In this document: positions 20,115 to 30,463 of the stretch, one piece after another
Numbering within the stretch: the first letter of the stretch is position 1
Layout of the letters: each line of letters begins with the position of its first letter
NCBI GenBank assembly: GCA_965223295.1
Contig: CBDCWC010000003.1
Coordinates: 480,001-544,000, forward strand
Source: Nitrospirales bacterium
Lineage (GTDB): Bacteria; Nitrospirota; Nitrospiria; Nitrospirales; UBA8639
Direction of reading: 5' to 3'
Length of the DNA stretch: 64,000 bases
Made by a program: the position numbers and the translations under genes
Notes under the pieces: generated by a model
What the model saw: the letters and a program-made list of their open reading frames with translations, nothing else
What the model was told of the DNA's origin: nothing
The model's database searches: none

Positions 20115-22976
20115 ATGGATTATAAATCAACATTAAATCTCCCAAAGACCGAATTTCCCATGAAGGCCAATTTGCCTCAGAAAGAACCAGAGCGGTTGGC
20201 TTGGTGGGATCAAGAGCGGCTCTACGACAAAATCCAGGAATCTCGTCAGAATCGTCCTTTGTATATCCTTCATGATGGCCCACCCTATGCCAATGGCCAT
20301 ATTCATATTGGACATGGACTAAACAAAATTTTAAAGGACATCATTATTAAATCCAAAACCATGGAAGGCTTTCGGGTGCCCTATATCCCAGGATGGGATT
20401 GCCATGGACTTCCCATAGAACATCAAGTCTCCAAACAACTGGGTTCAAAGAAAAAAGACCTCAGTGCGGTAGAGCTGCGAAAGATTTGCCGCGAGTACGC
20501 ACAGAAGTTTGTGGGAATTCAACGGGATGAATTTCGGCGACTAGGAATTTTTGGCGACTGGGACCAACCTTATCTGACCATGGACCATGCTTACGAAGCA
20601 GCCATTGTGCGTGAATTTGGGAAGTTTGTGGAAAAGGGACGTGTCTATAAAGGGTTAAAGCCGGTGTTGTGGTGTACGGTGGATCAAACCGCATTGGCCG
20701 AAGCGGAAGTGGAATACGAAGACCACGTCTCTCCATCAATCTATGTGAAGTTTCCTTTTACGGCTTCACCGGCTGAGTTGAGTGCCGATCAACGATTGGA
20801 GCTGCCACAAGTTAAAGATCTCAAGGCTGTTTCAGTTGTCATCTGGACCACCACTCCGTGGACTCTTCCGGCCAACCAAGCCGTCTGCTTGCACCCTGAA
20901 TTGGATTATGCGGTGCTTCAAGTTGAAGACGAGGCATGTATTGTTGCAGTGGGGCTGGAAGAAGCGTTTGTTAAAGCCTGTCAAATTGAGAAATTCAAGA
21001 TATTGGGCAAGGTCAAAGGGGAAAAGTTTGAGGGCTGGACCTGTCATCCGCCATTGACCAAGAGAGAGGTGCCAATCCTCAATGGAGATTTTGTCACATT
21101 GGAACAGGGGACAGGCTGTGTCCATATAGCCCCCGGACATGGGATGGACGATTATCTGTTGGCACTGAAATACAACAAGCCACCCTTGCGCGACTTGCTA
21201 CCTAATCAACAGCCTTTAGACATCCTCGTGCCAGTCAATAATGCAGGACGGTTTACAGAGGAATTTCCTGAATGTGAAGGGCAACCGGTTTTAGAGGCCA
21301 ACACTGGGATTGTGGACCTTTTGCAATCGAAAAACCTGTTGGTTGGCGCAAAAAGTCTGGAACATTCCTATCCGCATTGTTGGCGGTGCAAGAAGCCGGT
21401 CATTTTTAGGGCAACACATCAATGGTTCGTGTCAATGGAAGAGTCCAATTTGCGCCAAGATGCTCTAAAGCAAATCGACCAAGTGCAATGGTTCCCCGAA
21501 CGTGGGCGTGATCGTATTTATGGCATGATTTTGAATCGCCCGGATTGGTGTTTATCCCGCCAGCGTATGTGGGGCACGCCAATTCCAGTTTTTTCGTGTG
21601 AAGGCTGTGAAACGCCGCTAGCTGACCATAACGTCATCGAATATATTGGCATGCTCATGCAGAAGGAGGGAGCTGACATCTGGTTTAGTCGATCTGCTGT
21701 CGAATTACTTCCACCAGGAACGGCCTGTGAGCAATGTGGAAAATCTGCCTTTAAAAAAGAACATGACATCTTGGATGTCTGGTTTGAGTCAGGCGTGAGT
21801 CATGCAGCCGTGTTAAAACCTCAAGGGGACGACTGGTATCCAGCAGATTTGTATCTTGAAGGATCTGATCAACATCGCGGATGGTTCCATAGCTCGCTCT
21901 TGACCTCAGTGACCACCGACCAACGGGCGCCCTATCGAGCCGTCCTGACACATGGGTTTGTGGTGGATGGCGAAGGCAAAAAAATGTCGAAGTCGGCGGG
22001 TAACGTGATCACCCCACAAGAAATTATCAAAGAATCGGGCGCCGAAATCTTGAGGCTGTGGGTCGCGTCTCAGGATTATCAGGAAGATCTGCGTATTTCC
22101 AAAGACATTGTGAAGCAATTAATGGATGCCTACCGAAAGGTGCGCAATACCAGCCGATTTCTTTTGAGTAATTTGTTTGATTTTGAGGTCACACGTCACG
22201 CCGTGCCCCATTCTGAGCTGCTGGAATTGGACCAGTGGGCATTGTGGCGGCTTGAGCAACTCATTCACAATGTGAAAAAAGGCTATGCCCAATTTCAATT
22301 TCGGCAAGTTGTGCATGAGTTGGACTATTTTTGTTCCACGGATATGAGCGCGACCTATCTGGATATTTTAAAAGATCGGCTCTATACATTTCCGACAAAC
22401 TCGCCTCTTCGCCGTGGTTCCCAGACAGTTCTGCACGAAATTGTCACAGCTTTAGCGAAATTGATGGCGCCAATTCTAAGCTTTACCGCGGAAGAAATTT
22501 GGCAAGCGTTGCCGGAAGCCAAGGAGCAAGGCTCAAAGGTAAAGAGTATTCATCTTGCAGAGTTTCCAACAGCGCGTGCAGTCTTTAAGAGTTCAGAGTT
22601 ACAACAGGCTTGGGAATATCTCTTTCAAGTACGAAAAGTCGTTCAAGGCGCTTTGGAGAAAAAACGGCGAGACAAAGTCATTGGCTCGTCATTAGAAGGG
22701 AAAGTCATCCTGCAGGCGACAGAGCCACATGGTGCATTGCTAGAACGTTATCGAGAGGACCTTCCTGCAGTCTTTATTGTTTCTGAGGTGAAAGTAGAAT
22801 CGATTGCTGAAATTGTCGAGCACAATCATGAATTCGTAGACACCACCCTGGGCCTGGCAATCAGTGTTGTTAAAGCTGATGGTCTCAAATGTGATCGGTG
22901 TTGGAACATTCGACATGATGTGGGGCGTCAGATCCAGCATCCCACCCTTTGCGCGCGCTGTGTCGAGGCTGTGTGA
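20115..22976 (+). CDS. ileS: Isoleucine--tRNA ligase
   Basis: DGPPYANG-HIGH, GWDCHGLP, WTTTPWT, KMSKS, C-terminal CxxC...CxxC. Confidence 0.98.
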   Translation: MDYKSTLNLPKTEFPMKANLPQKEPERLAWWDQERLYDKIQESRQNRPLYILHDGPPYANGHIHIGHGLNKILKDIIIKSKTMEGFRVPYIPGWDCHGLPIEHQVSKQLGSKKKDLSAVELRKICREYAQKFVGIQRDEFRRLGIFGDWDQPYLTMDHAYEAAIVREFGKFVEKGRVYKGLKPVLWCTVDQTALAEAEVEYEDHVSPSIYVKFPFTASPAELSADQRLELPQVKDLKAVSVVIWTTTPWTLPANQAVCLHPELDYAVLQVEDEACIVAVGLEEAFVKACQIEKFKILGKVKGEKFEGWTCHPPLTKREVPILNGDFVTLEQGTGCVHIAPGHGMDDYLLALKYNKPPLRDLLPNQQPLDILVPVNNAGRFTEEFPECEGQPVLEANTGIVDLLQSKNLLVGAKSLEHSYPHCWRCKKPVIFRATHQWFVSMEESNLRQDALKQIDQVQWFPERGRDRIYGMILNRPDWCLSRQRMWGTPIPVFSCEGCETPLADHNVIEYIGMLMQKEGADIWFSRSAVELLPPGTACEQCGKSAFKKEHDILDVWFESGVSHAAVLKPQGDDWYPADLYLEGSDQHRGWFHSSLLTSVTTDQRAPYRAVLTHGFVVDGEGKKMSKSAGNVITPQEIIKESGAEILRLWVASQDYQEDLRISKDIVKQLMDAYRKVRNTSRFLLSNLFDFEVTRHAVPHSELLELDQWALWRLEQLIHNVKKGYAQFQFRQVVHELDYFCSTDMSATYLDILKDRLYTFPTNSPLRRGSQTVLHEIVTALAKLMAPILSFTAEEIWQALPEAKEQGSKVKSIHLAEFPTARAVFKSSELQQAWEYLFQVRKVVQGALEKKRRDKVIGSSLEGKVILQATEPHGALLERYREDLPAVFIVSEVKVESIAEIVEHNHEFVDTTLGLAISVVKADGLKCDRCWNIRHDVGRQIQHPTLCARCVEAV

Positions 22977-23494
22977 GCGAGACATTTCGTCGATACAGCA
23001 TCCTGGCGTGTGTGGTACTGACCATTATTGTGGTCGATCAAATCACCAAAGCCTATATCGATAGTTCTATGCATCTCCACCAATCCATCTCGATTATCCC
23101 TGGATATTTTAACCTGACCTATATCCGCAATCCTGGCGCGGCATTTGGCATCATGGGGACCTGGAGTAGTGGGTTTCGATTGGTGTTCTTTTTTCTCACA
23201 TCTGTGCTGGCGATGGGCCTACTCTTTACTATTTTCATGAGACTTGAGCCAGGGGATTGGTGGGGTCAACTCACGATTGCTTCAATTTTCGGCGGAGCCA
23301 TAGGCAATTTTATTGATCGTCTCCAATATGGCGAAGTTATTGATTTCTTAGATTTCTATATCAACGGCTATCACTGGCCAGCCTTTAATGTGGCCGACTC
23401 GGCCATTAGCATCGGCGTCGTCTCGCTCCTCCTCCTCTTTGCCTTCGAAAAACGCAAACCCGACCTCACCCCCCAACAAGACTCCCAACTGTAA
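22973..23494 (+). CDS. lspA: Lipoprotein signal peptidase II
   Basis: DQITK, NPGAAFG, GNFIDR, VIDF, FNVADSAI; GTGA overlap with ileS. Confidence 0.96.
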   Translation: MSETFRRYSILACVVLTIIVVDQITKAYIDSSMHLHQSISIIPGYFNLTYIRNPGAAFGIMGTWSSGFRLVFFFLTSVLAMGLLFTIFMRLEPGDWWGQLTIASIFGGAIGNFIDRLQYGEVIDFLDFYINGYHWPAFNVADSAISIGVVSLLLLFAFEKRKPDLTPQQDSQL

Positions 23495-23511
23495 AAGGCA
23501 TCATCCCACAT

Positions 23512-23553
23512 TAGGGGTCAGACTCGAATTAATTAATTCGAGTCTGACCCCTA
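23512..23553. repeat. Family B palindrome (perfect, 42 bp)
   Basis: TAGGGGTCAGACTCGAATTAA|TTAATTCGAGTCTGACCCCTA. Confidence 0.92.
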
Positions 23554-23609
23554 TAATATAATTTCGTTTGACCCGAGATTAAGGAACGTTTATTTTTAGT
23601 GCAGGAAAC

Positions 23610-24125
23610 ATGGGAGCTATCTGTTCACCAATGAAAAATCTCAGGGGCATAACAATGATTTTCTCCCTTCCCCTACGGATCCTTCTCCTATTGATGTCCG
23701 CTGAGGTGAGTATAGGAGCCGAGCGACAGGAGCCGTCCAATAGGTGTCCTTCCTGGGGGATGCCCATTCATGTGCATGTCCATGGTGTCCGAAACTCGGA
23801 AGGTACGGTCAAGGCCGTGCTGTATGGTCCCGAGCCCGAAACGTTTTTAGTGAAAGGTAAGAAAGTCGATAAGGAGCGAGAACCAGCTGAAGCAGGGGCA
23901 ATGACACTCTGTGTAGCGGCCCGCCAAAAAGGGAAGTATGCCGTGGTAGTCTATCATGACGAGAATGATAACCATAAATTTGATCGCAACTGGATAGGGT
24001 TACCCATTGAAGGGTTTGGTGTCTCGAATGATCCTACGCTTTTCTTAGCCCCACCGAGTTTTGAAGAGGCTGCTTTTGAATTAGATGATGAACTCACCCA
24101 TGTCGATGTCGAAATGAAATATTAG
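23610..24125 (+). CDS. DUF2141 family exported protein (start uncertain)
   Basis: GKYAVVVYHDEN.NHKFDRNWIGLPIEGFGVSN...PPSFEEA. Confidence 0.85.
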   Translation: MGAICSPMKNLRGITMIFSLPLRILLLLMSAEVSIGAERQEPSNRCPSWGMPIHVHVHGVRNSEGTVKAVLYGPEPETFLVKGKKVDKEREPAEAGAMTLCVAARQKGKYAVVVYHDENDNHKFDRNWIGLPIEGFGVSNDPTLFLAPPSFEEAAFELDDELTHVDVEMKY

Positions 24126-24317
24126 GAGATTGTGGTCGTTCCAACTAACCTCTACATTTTCATAGTCATCGCCCCCTTTTGAGCCCGCCCTCTCACCCCG
24201 CTTTTTGCAAGGGGATATCATAAAAATAAACCGTGAACTATCTTTCAATGCTTTTGGAACCTATTTGGAACAACTACAGCTAGACACTACCGCAAAAAAA
24301 TCCAAAGCGAACGAACG

Positions 24318-24359
24318 AAAAAAAACTGCCCCTGCTGAGTAGTTAATCAGCAGAGGCAG
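24318..24359 (-). terminator. Intrinsic terminator downstream of the porin gene
   Basis: Minus strand CTGCCTCTGCTGA...TCAGCAGGGGCAG followed by T8. Confidence 0.8.
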
Positions 24360-24430
24360 CTTAGGATAACGAGGAGGGTTAAACTCCTATGGTGATTTAG
24401 TCTTTGCTTTCATATGAACTTTCTAAATTC

Positions 24431-24467
24431 CTCTACCTCCCCTAGCCCCTCCTTACAAAAGGAGGGG
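24431..24467 (+). repeat. Family C short hairpin repeat
   Basis: CTCTACCTCCCCTAGCCCCTCCTTACAAAAGGAGGGG. Confidence 0.75.
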
Positions 24468-24485
24468 GAGGGAGATTTTTGAGAT

Positions 24486-26057
24486 TTAGAAGTTGATCCA
24501 GAGTTGGGTATAGCCCCAATCCTGGTCGTTGGTTGCACCACTTTCATCATTCTTCGTCAGATAATCTCCAGCAAAGAAGTGGCCGTAGCCAATCTGCCAA
24601 CCAACCTTGTTATTTTGGAAGAACAAGGTGTAGACCACATCAATCTCACCACCGAGTGACTTTTCTTTGTTTCCAGCAGGTGTGGTTTTAAATACGGCCT
24701 GGTTGGCACCATACCAATTGTCGTCCCTATTGGCTAGACGCATGATATGTCCAGCCACTTCAAAGTGACTGTTGGCCGTTGGACGTAACTGCAAATTTCC
24801 ACCGTAGGTCAACATATTCTGCCAGGACATCCTGTCCATATAGCCAAAGTGAATGTGGTTGGTGGGGAACAATTGACTAAAGGTTCCTCCGCATTTGTTG
24901 CCTCCAGCTGCATTACAACTACCATCACCTGTAGCATAGTTAAATTCCGCACCGATTCGAGGTTGCATGGGTACTGGGAATGTCACACCCGCATCTATAT
25001 GTCCAGCCAACGCATTAATCCGTTCATTTCTGTTCCCACCGTTAGTACTAGCTGGACCGATTGATCCGAACTGCCAGTAGCCTTCCGCCGTAACATCAAA
25101 GATCCCTGGTTTGGCCGCTACACGGGCACCCACGGTATGACGGCTTTGGTTTTGAGGTTGTCCACCAGGAGGACTTGCACCTACTCCAATTGACCCATTT
25201 CCACCGGCACCCTGGGATGCCCCGCTTGCACCACCATCTTCAAAGATCCAGGCAGGTTCTACAGCTACGCCGCCAAACTTCATTGGCATTCGTACAAACC
25301 AGATATCACCATCATAGGTATCAGCGGATGGCGTTCCAACTCCGCAACCTCCAGCACTACCGGCACAGTTGCCTTCAGCCACTCGCAACCAGCCAGCTTC
25401 AACCGGGACGCTTGCATGGTTATAGCGGAACGTCACCCCATCGAAGGCAAACCCGACATTGTTCCAGTCAAAGTGCCCAAAGATTCGGTGATTCCCCCAC
25501 ACCATTAATTGCCGACCCGCCTTCATACTCAAATTAGGTGCTAGGAAATTCCTGACCAACATGAACCCTTGACGGAGGAACAAGTCTGATCCTGTTCCAT
25601 TAGGATTGATCGCTCCACTTCCTGCGTCAGGATCAACGGTTCCCCAATTGTGGGAGACTTGAGGTTGAGCAAAAAACACTACATCCGGAGACAAGGCATA
25701 GTGAAAGCCCAGCCGGATAAGTTGTTGTGTGAAGAACGAAGATTGATTATCAGCATCAGCAAACTTATTATTTGCGTTCGGTGCTCCGCTCACCCCAAAA
25801 CCACCTTTTGATCTGAATTCCGGTCGCACACGCATATCCCCAGAAATCGTCAATTTCGTAGGGTCCCACACTGCACCAGCCGGTGGATCAAAGTTGTGAT
25901 AGGGCACCAAATCCGGAATGGCCCGCGGCACAGCCGGGACATTCGTGTTTTTGTCCGTGGCCGGCGTCGTTTTCTGAGCAAAGCCCGGCGCGGCAGACAT
26001 GGCCACAAGCAAGGCTGCTGCGGTCAACCTCGTAAAGGTTCGGTAAAAAGTCCTCAT
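24486..26057 (-). CDS. Alginate-export (AlgE-like) family outer-membrane beta-barrel/porin
   Basis: Signal peptide; KAGRQLMVWGNHRIFG..DWNN...FDG; FSQLFPTNH..FGYMD; C-terminal WINF; AGGAGGAG RBS before ATG 26057. Confidence 0.88.
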   Translation of the reverse strand: MRTFYRTFTRLTAAALLVAMSAAPGFAQKTTPATDKNTNVPAVPRAIPDLVPYHNFDPPAGAVWDPTKLTISGDMRVRPEFRSKGGFGVSGAPNANNKFADADNQSSFFTQQLIRLGFHYALSPDVVFFAQPQVSHNWGTVDPDAGSGAINPNGTGSDLFLRQGFMLVRNFLAPNLSMKAGRQLMVWGNHRIFGHFDWNNVGFAFDGVTFRYNHASVPVEAGWLRVAEGNCAGSAGGCGVGTPSADTYDGDIWFVRMPMKFGGVAVEPAWIFEDGGASGASQGAGGNGSIGVGASPPGGQPQNQSRHTVGARVAAKPGIFDVTAEGYWQFGSIGPASTNGGNRNERINALAGHIDAGVTFPVPMQPRIGAEFNYATGDGSCNAAGGNKCGGTFSQLFPTNHIHFGYMDRMSWQNMLTYGGNLQLRPTANSHFEVAGHIMRLANRDDNWYGANQAVFKTTPAGNKEKSLGGEIDVVYTLFFQNNKVGWQIGYGHFFAGDYLTKNDESGATNDQDWGYTQLWINF

Positions 26058-26252
26058 TGCACTCCTCCTGTTAGTGAAAACCTTTGTGGACTCGATCTCC
26101 ATCACTATCAACACATCTCTTAGAACTGATGGCGTCTCGCGTCCCCTTCCGTTTTGAATAATTTGTGCCTTGTCTCATTCAAAGCACTGGTTTTTACATC
26201 ACCCTTACGGCCGCCCCAACCACGATTGGGAATTTGCCGCATGGGAATATAG

Positions 26253-26269
26253 TGCTAAATAGATGCCAA
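26253..26269 (-). promoter_or_regulatory. Putative sigma-54 (-24/-12) promoter
   Basis: Minus strand TTGGCATCTATTTAGCA, i.e. GG-N10-GC with TGGCA. Confidence 0.6.
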
Positions 26270-26541
26270 TTGATAAAAAACCTTCTAAGTTATTAAAAGA
26301 TAATGTTTTTTCGATAACTCGGCAGAAACACCATAGCTAAGAGTTATCGCTTGAATGCTACGATGGTTGTAAAAACCCAACACTAAAAGAATTGTGTGTT
26401 TGTTTTACTGAGGCTACAGACGAGTGGTTGATTCACTTCTCTGGGGAGAATCTTGTTTCGGCACAAATGAAAAATAATACCGGTGAAAATGCTAACTGCT
26501 AACGCCACCCCCAAGAATTCTCCTTAGCCTCTCCTCCCCAT

Positions 26542-26829
26542 TTATACAGGCCGCGATCCTTCAGGATCAGTAACTTGATCGGTCGCCCCTTTGATTTCTT
26601 CTTCTGCTTCCTTGATCGTTGATTCAAGGTCTTGTTCGACAGATTTTAATTCCTGCGTAATCATATTGATTTCTGGTTCAACGGATTGACGAAGATCATC
26701 TGTCGTTTCCTTAAAACCTTTGACGGCTTTCCCCACTTGCTTTCCAATTTCCGGCAGTTCTTTTGGACCAAAGAGCATAAAGGCAATGACCAGAATGATC
26801 AAAATTTCCATTGCTCCTAAGCCGAACAT
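26542..26829 (-). CDS. Twin-arginine translocase TatA/TatB family subunit
   Basis: MFGLGAMEILII...FGPKELPEIGKQVGKAVKGFK with a TatB-like coiled tail. Confidence 0.9.
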   Translation of the reverse strand: MFGLGAMEILIILVIAFMLFGPKELPEIGKQVGKAVKGFKETTDDLRQSVEPEINMITQELKSVEQDLESTIKEAEEEIKGATDQVTDPEGSRPV

Positions 26830-26946
26830 AACCTTGATCTTGCATCCTTACCGTGTGACCGGGCACACAGAGTGAGAAAGTTTCGTACGAAGGTGCTTGG
26901 TTTCCTGTACGTCGCCTAGCCAGATTCACCGTGCCGGCCTTCTGTC

Positions 26947-27243
26947 CTATCCCTGTTTGGGCTGCGTGGATTCTACTGGTTGCTGAACGGCAGCTTGCGG
27001 CTCGTGAACCGGTGCCGCTTGTGGATGACCGGCAACTTGTTGAGGCTGAGGAGGGGCTTGAGTCTCATCGAGATCCTCATTGGGCGTCACGTCTAGAGCA
27101 TCCGCTTCCGCCACGGACTTTTTGAAGCCTTTAATGGCCTTTCCAAGCCCTTCACCCAACTGAGGGATTTTCCCCGCACCAAAAATAATGAGTACGATGA
27201 TGAGGATGAGCAACAGCTCCATCCATCCAAACGATCCAAACAC
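26947..27243 (-). CDS. tatA: Twin-arginine translocase TatA
   Basis: ELLLILIIVLIIFGAGKIPQLGEGLGKAIKGFKK; GTG start at 27243. Confidence 0.92.
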   Translation of the reverse strand: MFGSFGWMELLLILIIVLIIFGAGKIPQLGEGLGKAIKGFKKSVAEADALDVTPNEDLDETQAPPQPQQVAGHPQAAPVHEPQAAVQQPVESTQPKQG

Positions 27244-27529
27244 CGACAACCTCAATATTGTATTAACAAAAAAACACGACCTCTAAAAAGTTCGCGGGAT
27301 TATACACAACCTGCTGAAAAAAATCTACCTTTCCCTTTCCCCATGAAATTTCTCGAATGCTTTTCAAGACAAAGACAAACGATACCTGAAAACCCTCTAA
27401 TCGTCGGGCAATTAATTGATAGGATAGCCCGGTGAGATTTTTTTCTGTTATCTATCTTTCCACAGAATATTTTTTCACATCAATGTATGTAGCCCGGGAG
27501 GATAATACAGTCTTCTTACACAATCGGTT

Positions 27530-28963
27530 TTATTGGCCGCTAAACGAGAAATGTGTGTAGTCGACTGGCTGAGGAGGAAATTGCAGCATCGCCTTAATGC
27601 CTTCGAGATCATAGCCTAGCTTTTCCAACGCAGGCATGGCGGCTCGAATTTCAGTTTCCGTCAGATACGCAATGGTATCTGGCACGCCATGACGGGGTAA
27701 CCGTTGAAGCAGAGCTTCTAATTCCAACCGTTCTTTGGCTGGGGTACTTTCACTAATTGGGAATTCAATATGACGGTGATAGGGAGACCGATAGGTTTGG
27801 TTGACGGCTTCTAACGTGCGCAGAATAAAGGCATCTAACTCCCATGGCTCGCCTTCAGGTGGATAGGGATGTGATGCCAGCAAATCCATCACGCTCAACA
27901 CATGCGACCCAAGGCTCCTGGATACAAAATCCCGTTGTGATTCAATAAGACCTGTCTGAATTCCCAAATGCATCGCCACACCCTGCAGCAATTGAAAATT
28001 CACCATAAAACTGAATTGGCCGCCTTGGACCGTGTAGCATGGCTTTTCGGGATCATTGAGCACGCGAGGATCCGCCGTTCCCGCATCAAAACTACTGAAC
28101 CCTATCGCATCAGTGGCGAGAAGCCGCTGCGCTTCCTTCAGACTTTGGCAGGCGCCCATGTTATACGGCACCAACACTTCCTCATCAATCCCTTTGAGAA
28201 ATTCCGTAACCGTTCGACGAAACGGAAAGCCTTTGGCATCAATCGGCTGATACTCCCGTTCCCAGACTAAGTCCCCTAAAAACGAAGCAAACGTGGGAAG
28301 CGTTTCGAGATCGGCTTTATCAAACGCTTCGACAAACTTTGGCCAATCAGGAAAGTCTACTAGCCGTTTTTCATTTAAGTTTGGACGAAGCTGCTCTTCC
28401 TTGATCTCCCCGTCTTTTCGAAGAACTAACTTCGTGGGCAATTCGCTCCACAATTCATTACAAATAATGCGATCAACGGAGCCATCCTCAACTGACGCCA
28501 AGTCTTCTACGGCTCGACATTCATACCTAATGCGCTCCTTGTGCTTGGCCAAATCAACATTCTGCTTGGCTTGTTCCAGAAGCAGAGGCTCTTGCTCAAG
28601 GCACATGTATTGAATTCTGGGGAATAGCACCTGCTCTTTGTCTAGTTCCTGAAGACGGTCCAAAAAACAAGCGGCCAAATTGCCATTGCCAGCACCCCAC
28701 TCCATGATCATGAGATGACCGGAACTTCGTTCTTTTTTCTCTGCCGATTTTTCTCTTGCCGCACATTGCCGCCAATAATCCTCTGCCAGCGCATACCCTA
28801 GGCGAAAGTCTGCTGCCGCAAACGTCTGATAAAATTCACGTACGCGATTTCCCAGAAGACCGTAAAACAGACGATTGATGTGCGCTTGCCAGATATCGAC
28901 CGGTTGAAAATCTCCCACAAGTTGGGGAAGGGCATCTGGGTCTTTAGCGGTTGGTACGTTCAT
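27530..28963 (-). CDS. SAM-dependent methyltransferase, MidA/NDUFAF7-like
   Basis: EWGAGNGNLA motif I; CNELWSELP; FMVNF..L...Q.DF. Confidence 0.75.
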   Translation of the reverse strand: MNVPTAKDPDALPQLVGDFQPVDIWQAHINRLFYGLLGNRVREFYQTFAAADFRLGYALAEDYWRQCAAREKSAEKKERSSGHLMIMEWGAGNGNLAACFLDRLQELDKEQVLFPRIQYMCLEQEPLLLEQAKQNVDLAKHKERIRYECRAVEDLASVEDGSVDRIICNELWSELPTKLVLRKDGEIKEEQLRPNLNEKRLVDFPDWPKFVEAFDKADLETLPTFASFLGDLVWEREYQPIDAKGFPFRRTVTEFLKGIDEEVLVPYNMGACQSLKEAQRLLATDAIGFSSFDAGTADPRVLNDPEKPCYTVQGGQFSFMVNFQLLQGVAMHLGIQTGLIESQRDFVSRSLGSHVLSVMDLLASHPYPPEGEPWELDAFILRTLEAVNQTYRSPYHRHIEFPISESTPAKERLELEALLQRLPRHGVPDTIAYLTETEIRAAMPALEKLGYDLEGIKAMLQFPPQPVDYTHFSFSGQ

Positions 28964-29191
28964 AAAAATTAACCTATCAGCTTTCTAACAATCATGAATA
29001 ATCGTCGGCCTTGATAGCATAGATAAAAATGCGTAGAAACGGCAAAAATTTTAGCAAAGGCCCTTTTCAGGCCGCAAGGTAATAAATGAAAGAAGGCTTG
29101 ACCGGAGTCCATCAGCAAGAGTACAGATGTGAAGCCCCCTCACAGGCATAGATCTATTGACCGCTCACCATAACTGGCATGAACTAACTTC

Positions 29192-29872
29192 ATGATGTAC
29201 CCGCGGACTTTTTTGATACACAGCTTAAGCTGGGCGCTCTCTATCTTTTTCGTAATAATAAGCTTGCCTTGTTGGGCCGAGGATGCTCAGCTCACTGCAC
29301 CCCCTTCTGTCTTTCTGCCGAACGAACAGCAACATGGCTTTGCAGAATTTGACTCGCCGCCTGATTTTTTTAAAGATGAAGCGCCAAACGAAAACGTCGC
29401 TCCATACAAAGGCTACTCCGATTCACCACAACTCCCAAGCTTTGATCATAGGCCCAGCGGGCTGTTTGAAAGTTTGGTCTTTGCTGAAAGCTTCGAGGAA
29501 GACCGAACCATTCGGCGCGGACATATTCTTGTCCCGGTTAACCCCACTGATACCTTCGCACCTACGGCAAAAGCCGTGCACCTCGTGTTTGCTGTCCATG
29601 AACATTTGGCTCCGTACCAAATCATCGGGCGCCTCTTTCCAGAAGAGGTTCCAAATATGAATCCCAATCAATGGATCGATGAAGATCGTGCCGATTTAGC
29701 TTTGGAAGATGAAAGTGGGTATCTCAAATTCTTTGCCCCAAATGGATCGTGGCAACCAGGCCGCTATCGAGTCGACATCTACGTGGGGTACATGGTGAAC
29801 TCCCTGAATAGAATGGGAACCATGCGGTTTTTGGTTCAACCTGAGGTCCTACCATCAACAGTAGCCCCCTAG
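29192..29872 (+). CDS. Exported hypothetical protein with C-terminal beta-sandwich
   Basis: Signal peptide (CWA); WQPGRYRVDIYV. Confidence 0.65.
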   Translation: MMYPRTFLIHSLSWALSIFFVIISLPCWAEDAQLTAPPSVFLPNEQQHGFAEFDSPPDFFKDEAPNENVAPYKGYSDSPQLPSFDHRPSGLFESLVFAESFEEDRTIRRGHILVPVNPTDTFAPTAKAVHLVFAVHEHLAPYQIIGRLFPEEVPNMNPNQWIDEDRADLALEDESGYLKFFAPNGSWQPGRYRVDIYVGYMVNSLNRMGTMRFLVQPEVLPSTVAP

Positions 29873-30060
29873 AGTTTTTCCAGATTCTTGAATGAAATTT
29901 TCTTGTGCTTTCTTGACGCATCTCCATAATTGCCGTAAGGTGTTTGAGGGGTTTACCCTAAGAAGAAATCTTCTTCTTTTTCATAAAGACATTCCAAACA
30001 TCTTGAATCTTTTTTGATGAATCGTCACCTTCAAACACTTTTTGTTTTTCAGGACCCCTT

Positions 30061-30324
30061 GTGTTAAAAAAAAGCGGCGGCTATTTGCTGCTCTTCATTT
30101 TTATCGGAGGTCTGCTGGGAAGTATCTTAGGAGAAATTCTGCAGGTCGTTTCTCCACAGGGAACAGTCCAAAGTATTTTTGGAGAAGCCCTTAGCTTGGG
30201 ACTGGACCCCCCAGTGACCGTCAATCTTGTCTTAATCAAACTTACGTTAGGTTTTCTCCTCAAAATTAACCTACTCAGCGTCCTCGGCATGCTTCTCGGC
30301 GCGTATCTCTATAAACATATTTAA
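30061..30324 (+). CDS. DUF4321-like small membrane protein
   Basis: GGLLGSILGE...PPVTVNL..IKLTLGF...INLLSVLG. Confidence 0.75.
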   Translation: MLKKSGGYLLLFIFIGGLLGSILGEILQVVSPQGTVQSIFGEALSLGLDPPVTVNLVLIKLTLGFLLKINLLSVLGMLLGAYLYKHI

Positions 30325-30343
30325 TGAGAAATCATAAATCATT

Positions 30344-30427
30344 TTTAGGGGTCAGACTCGAATTAATTGTGCCTGTCTATTCAAAAAATACATAATGTGA
30401 GCAATTAATTCGAGTCTGACCCCTAAA
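30344..30427. repeat. Family B inverted doublet with 32-bp spacer
   Basis: TTTAGGGGTCAGACTCGAATTAATTG-N32-CAATTAATTCGAGTCTGACCCCTAAA. Confidence 0.92.
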
Positions 30428-30463
30428 TGCTGGGACAACACGAGTGGCGGACCGCTTCACAGC

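Noticed and set aside
27300-27479. TTATACACA and TTTTTCACA as DnaA boxes
   Set aside because: Isolated matches in AT-rich DNA; the first overlaps a probable minus-strand TATAAT for tatA.
30344-30427. Repeat-spacer-repeat with 32-34 bp spacers as a mini CRISPR array
   Set aside because: The repeats are inverted rather than direct, occur as dispersed pairs, and no cas genes are present.
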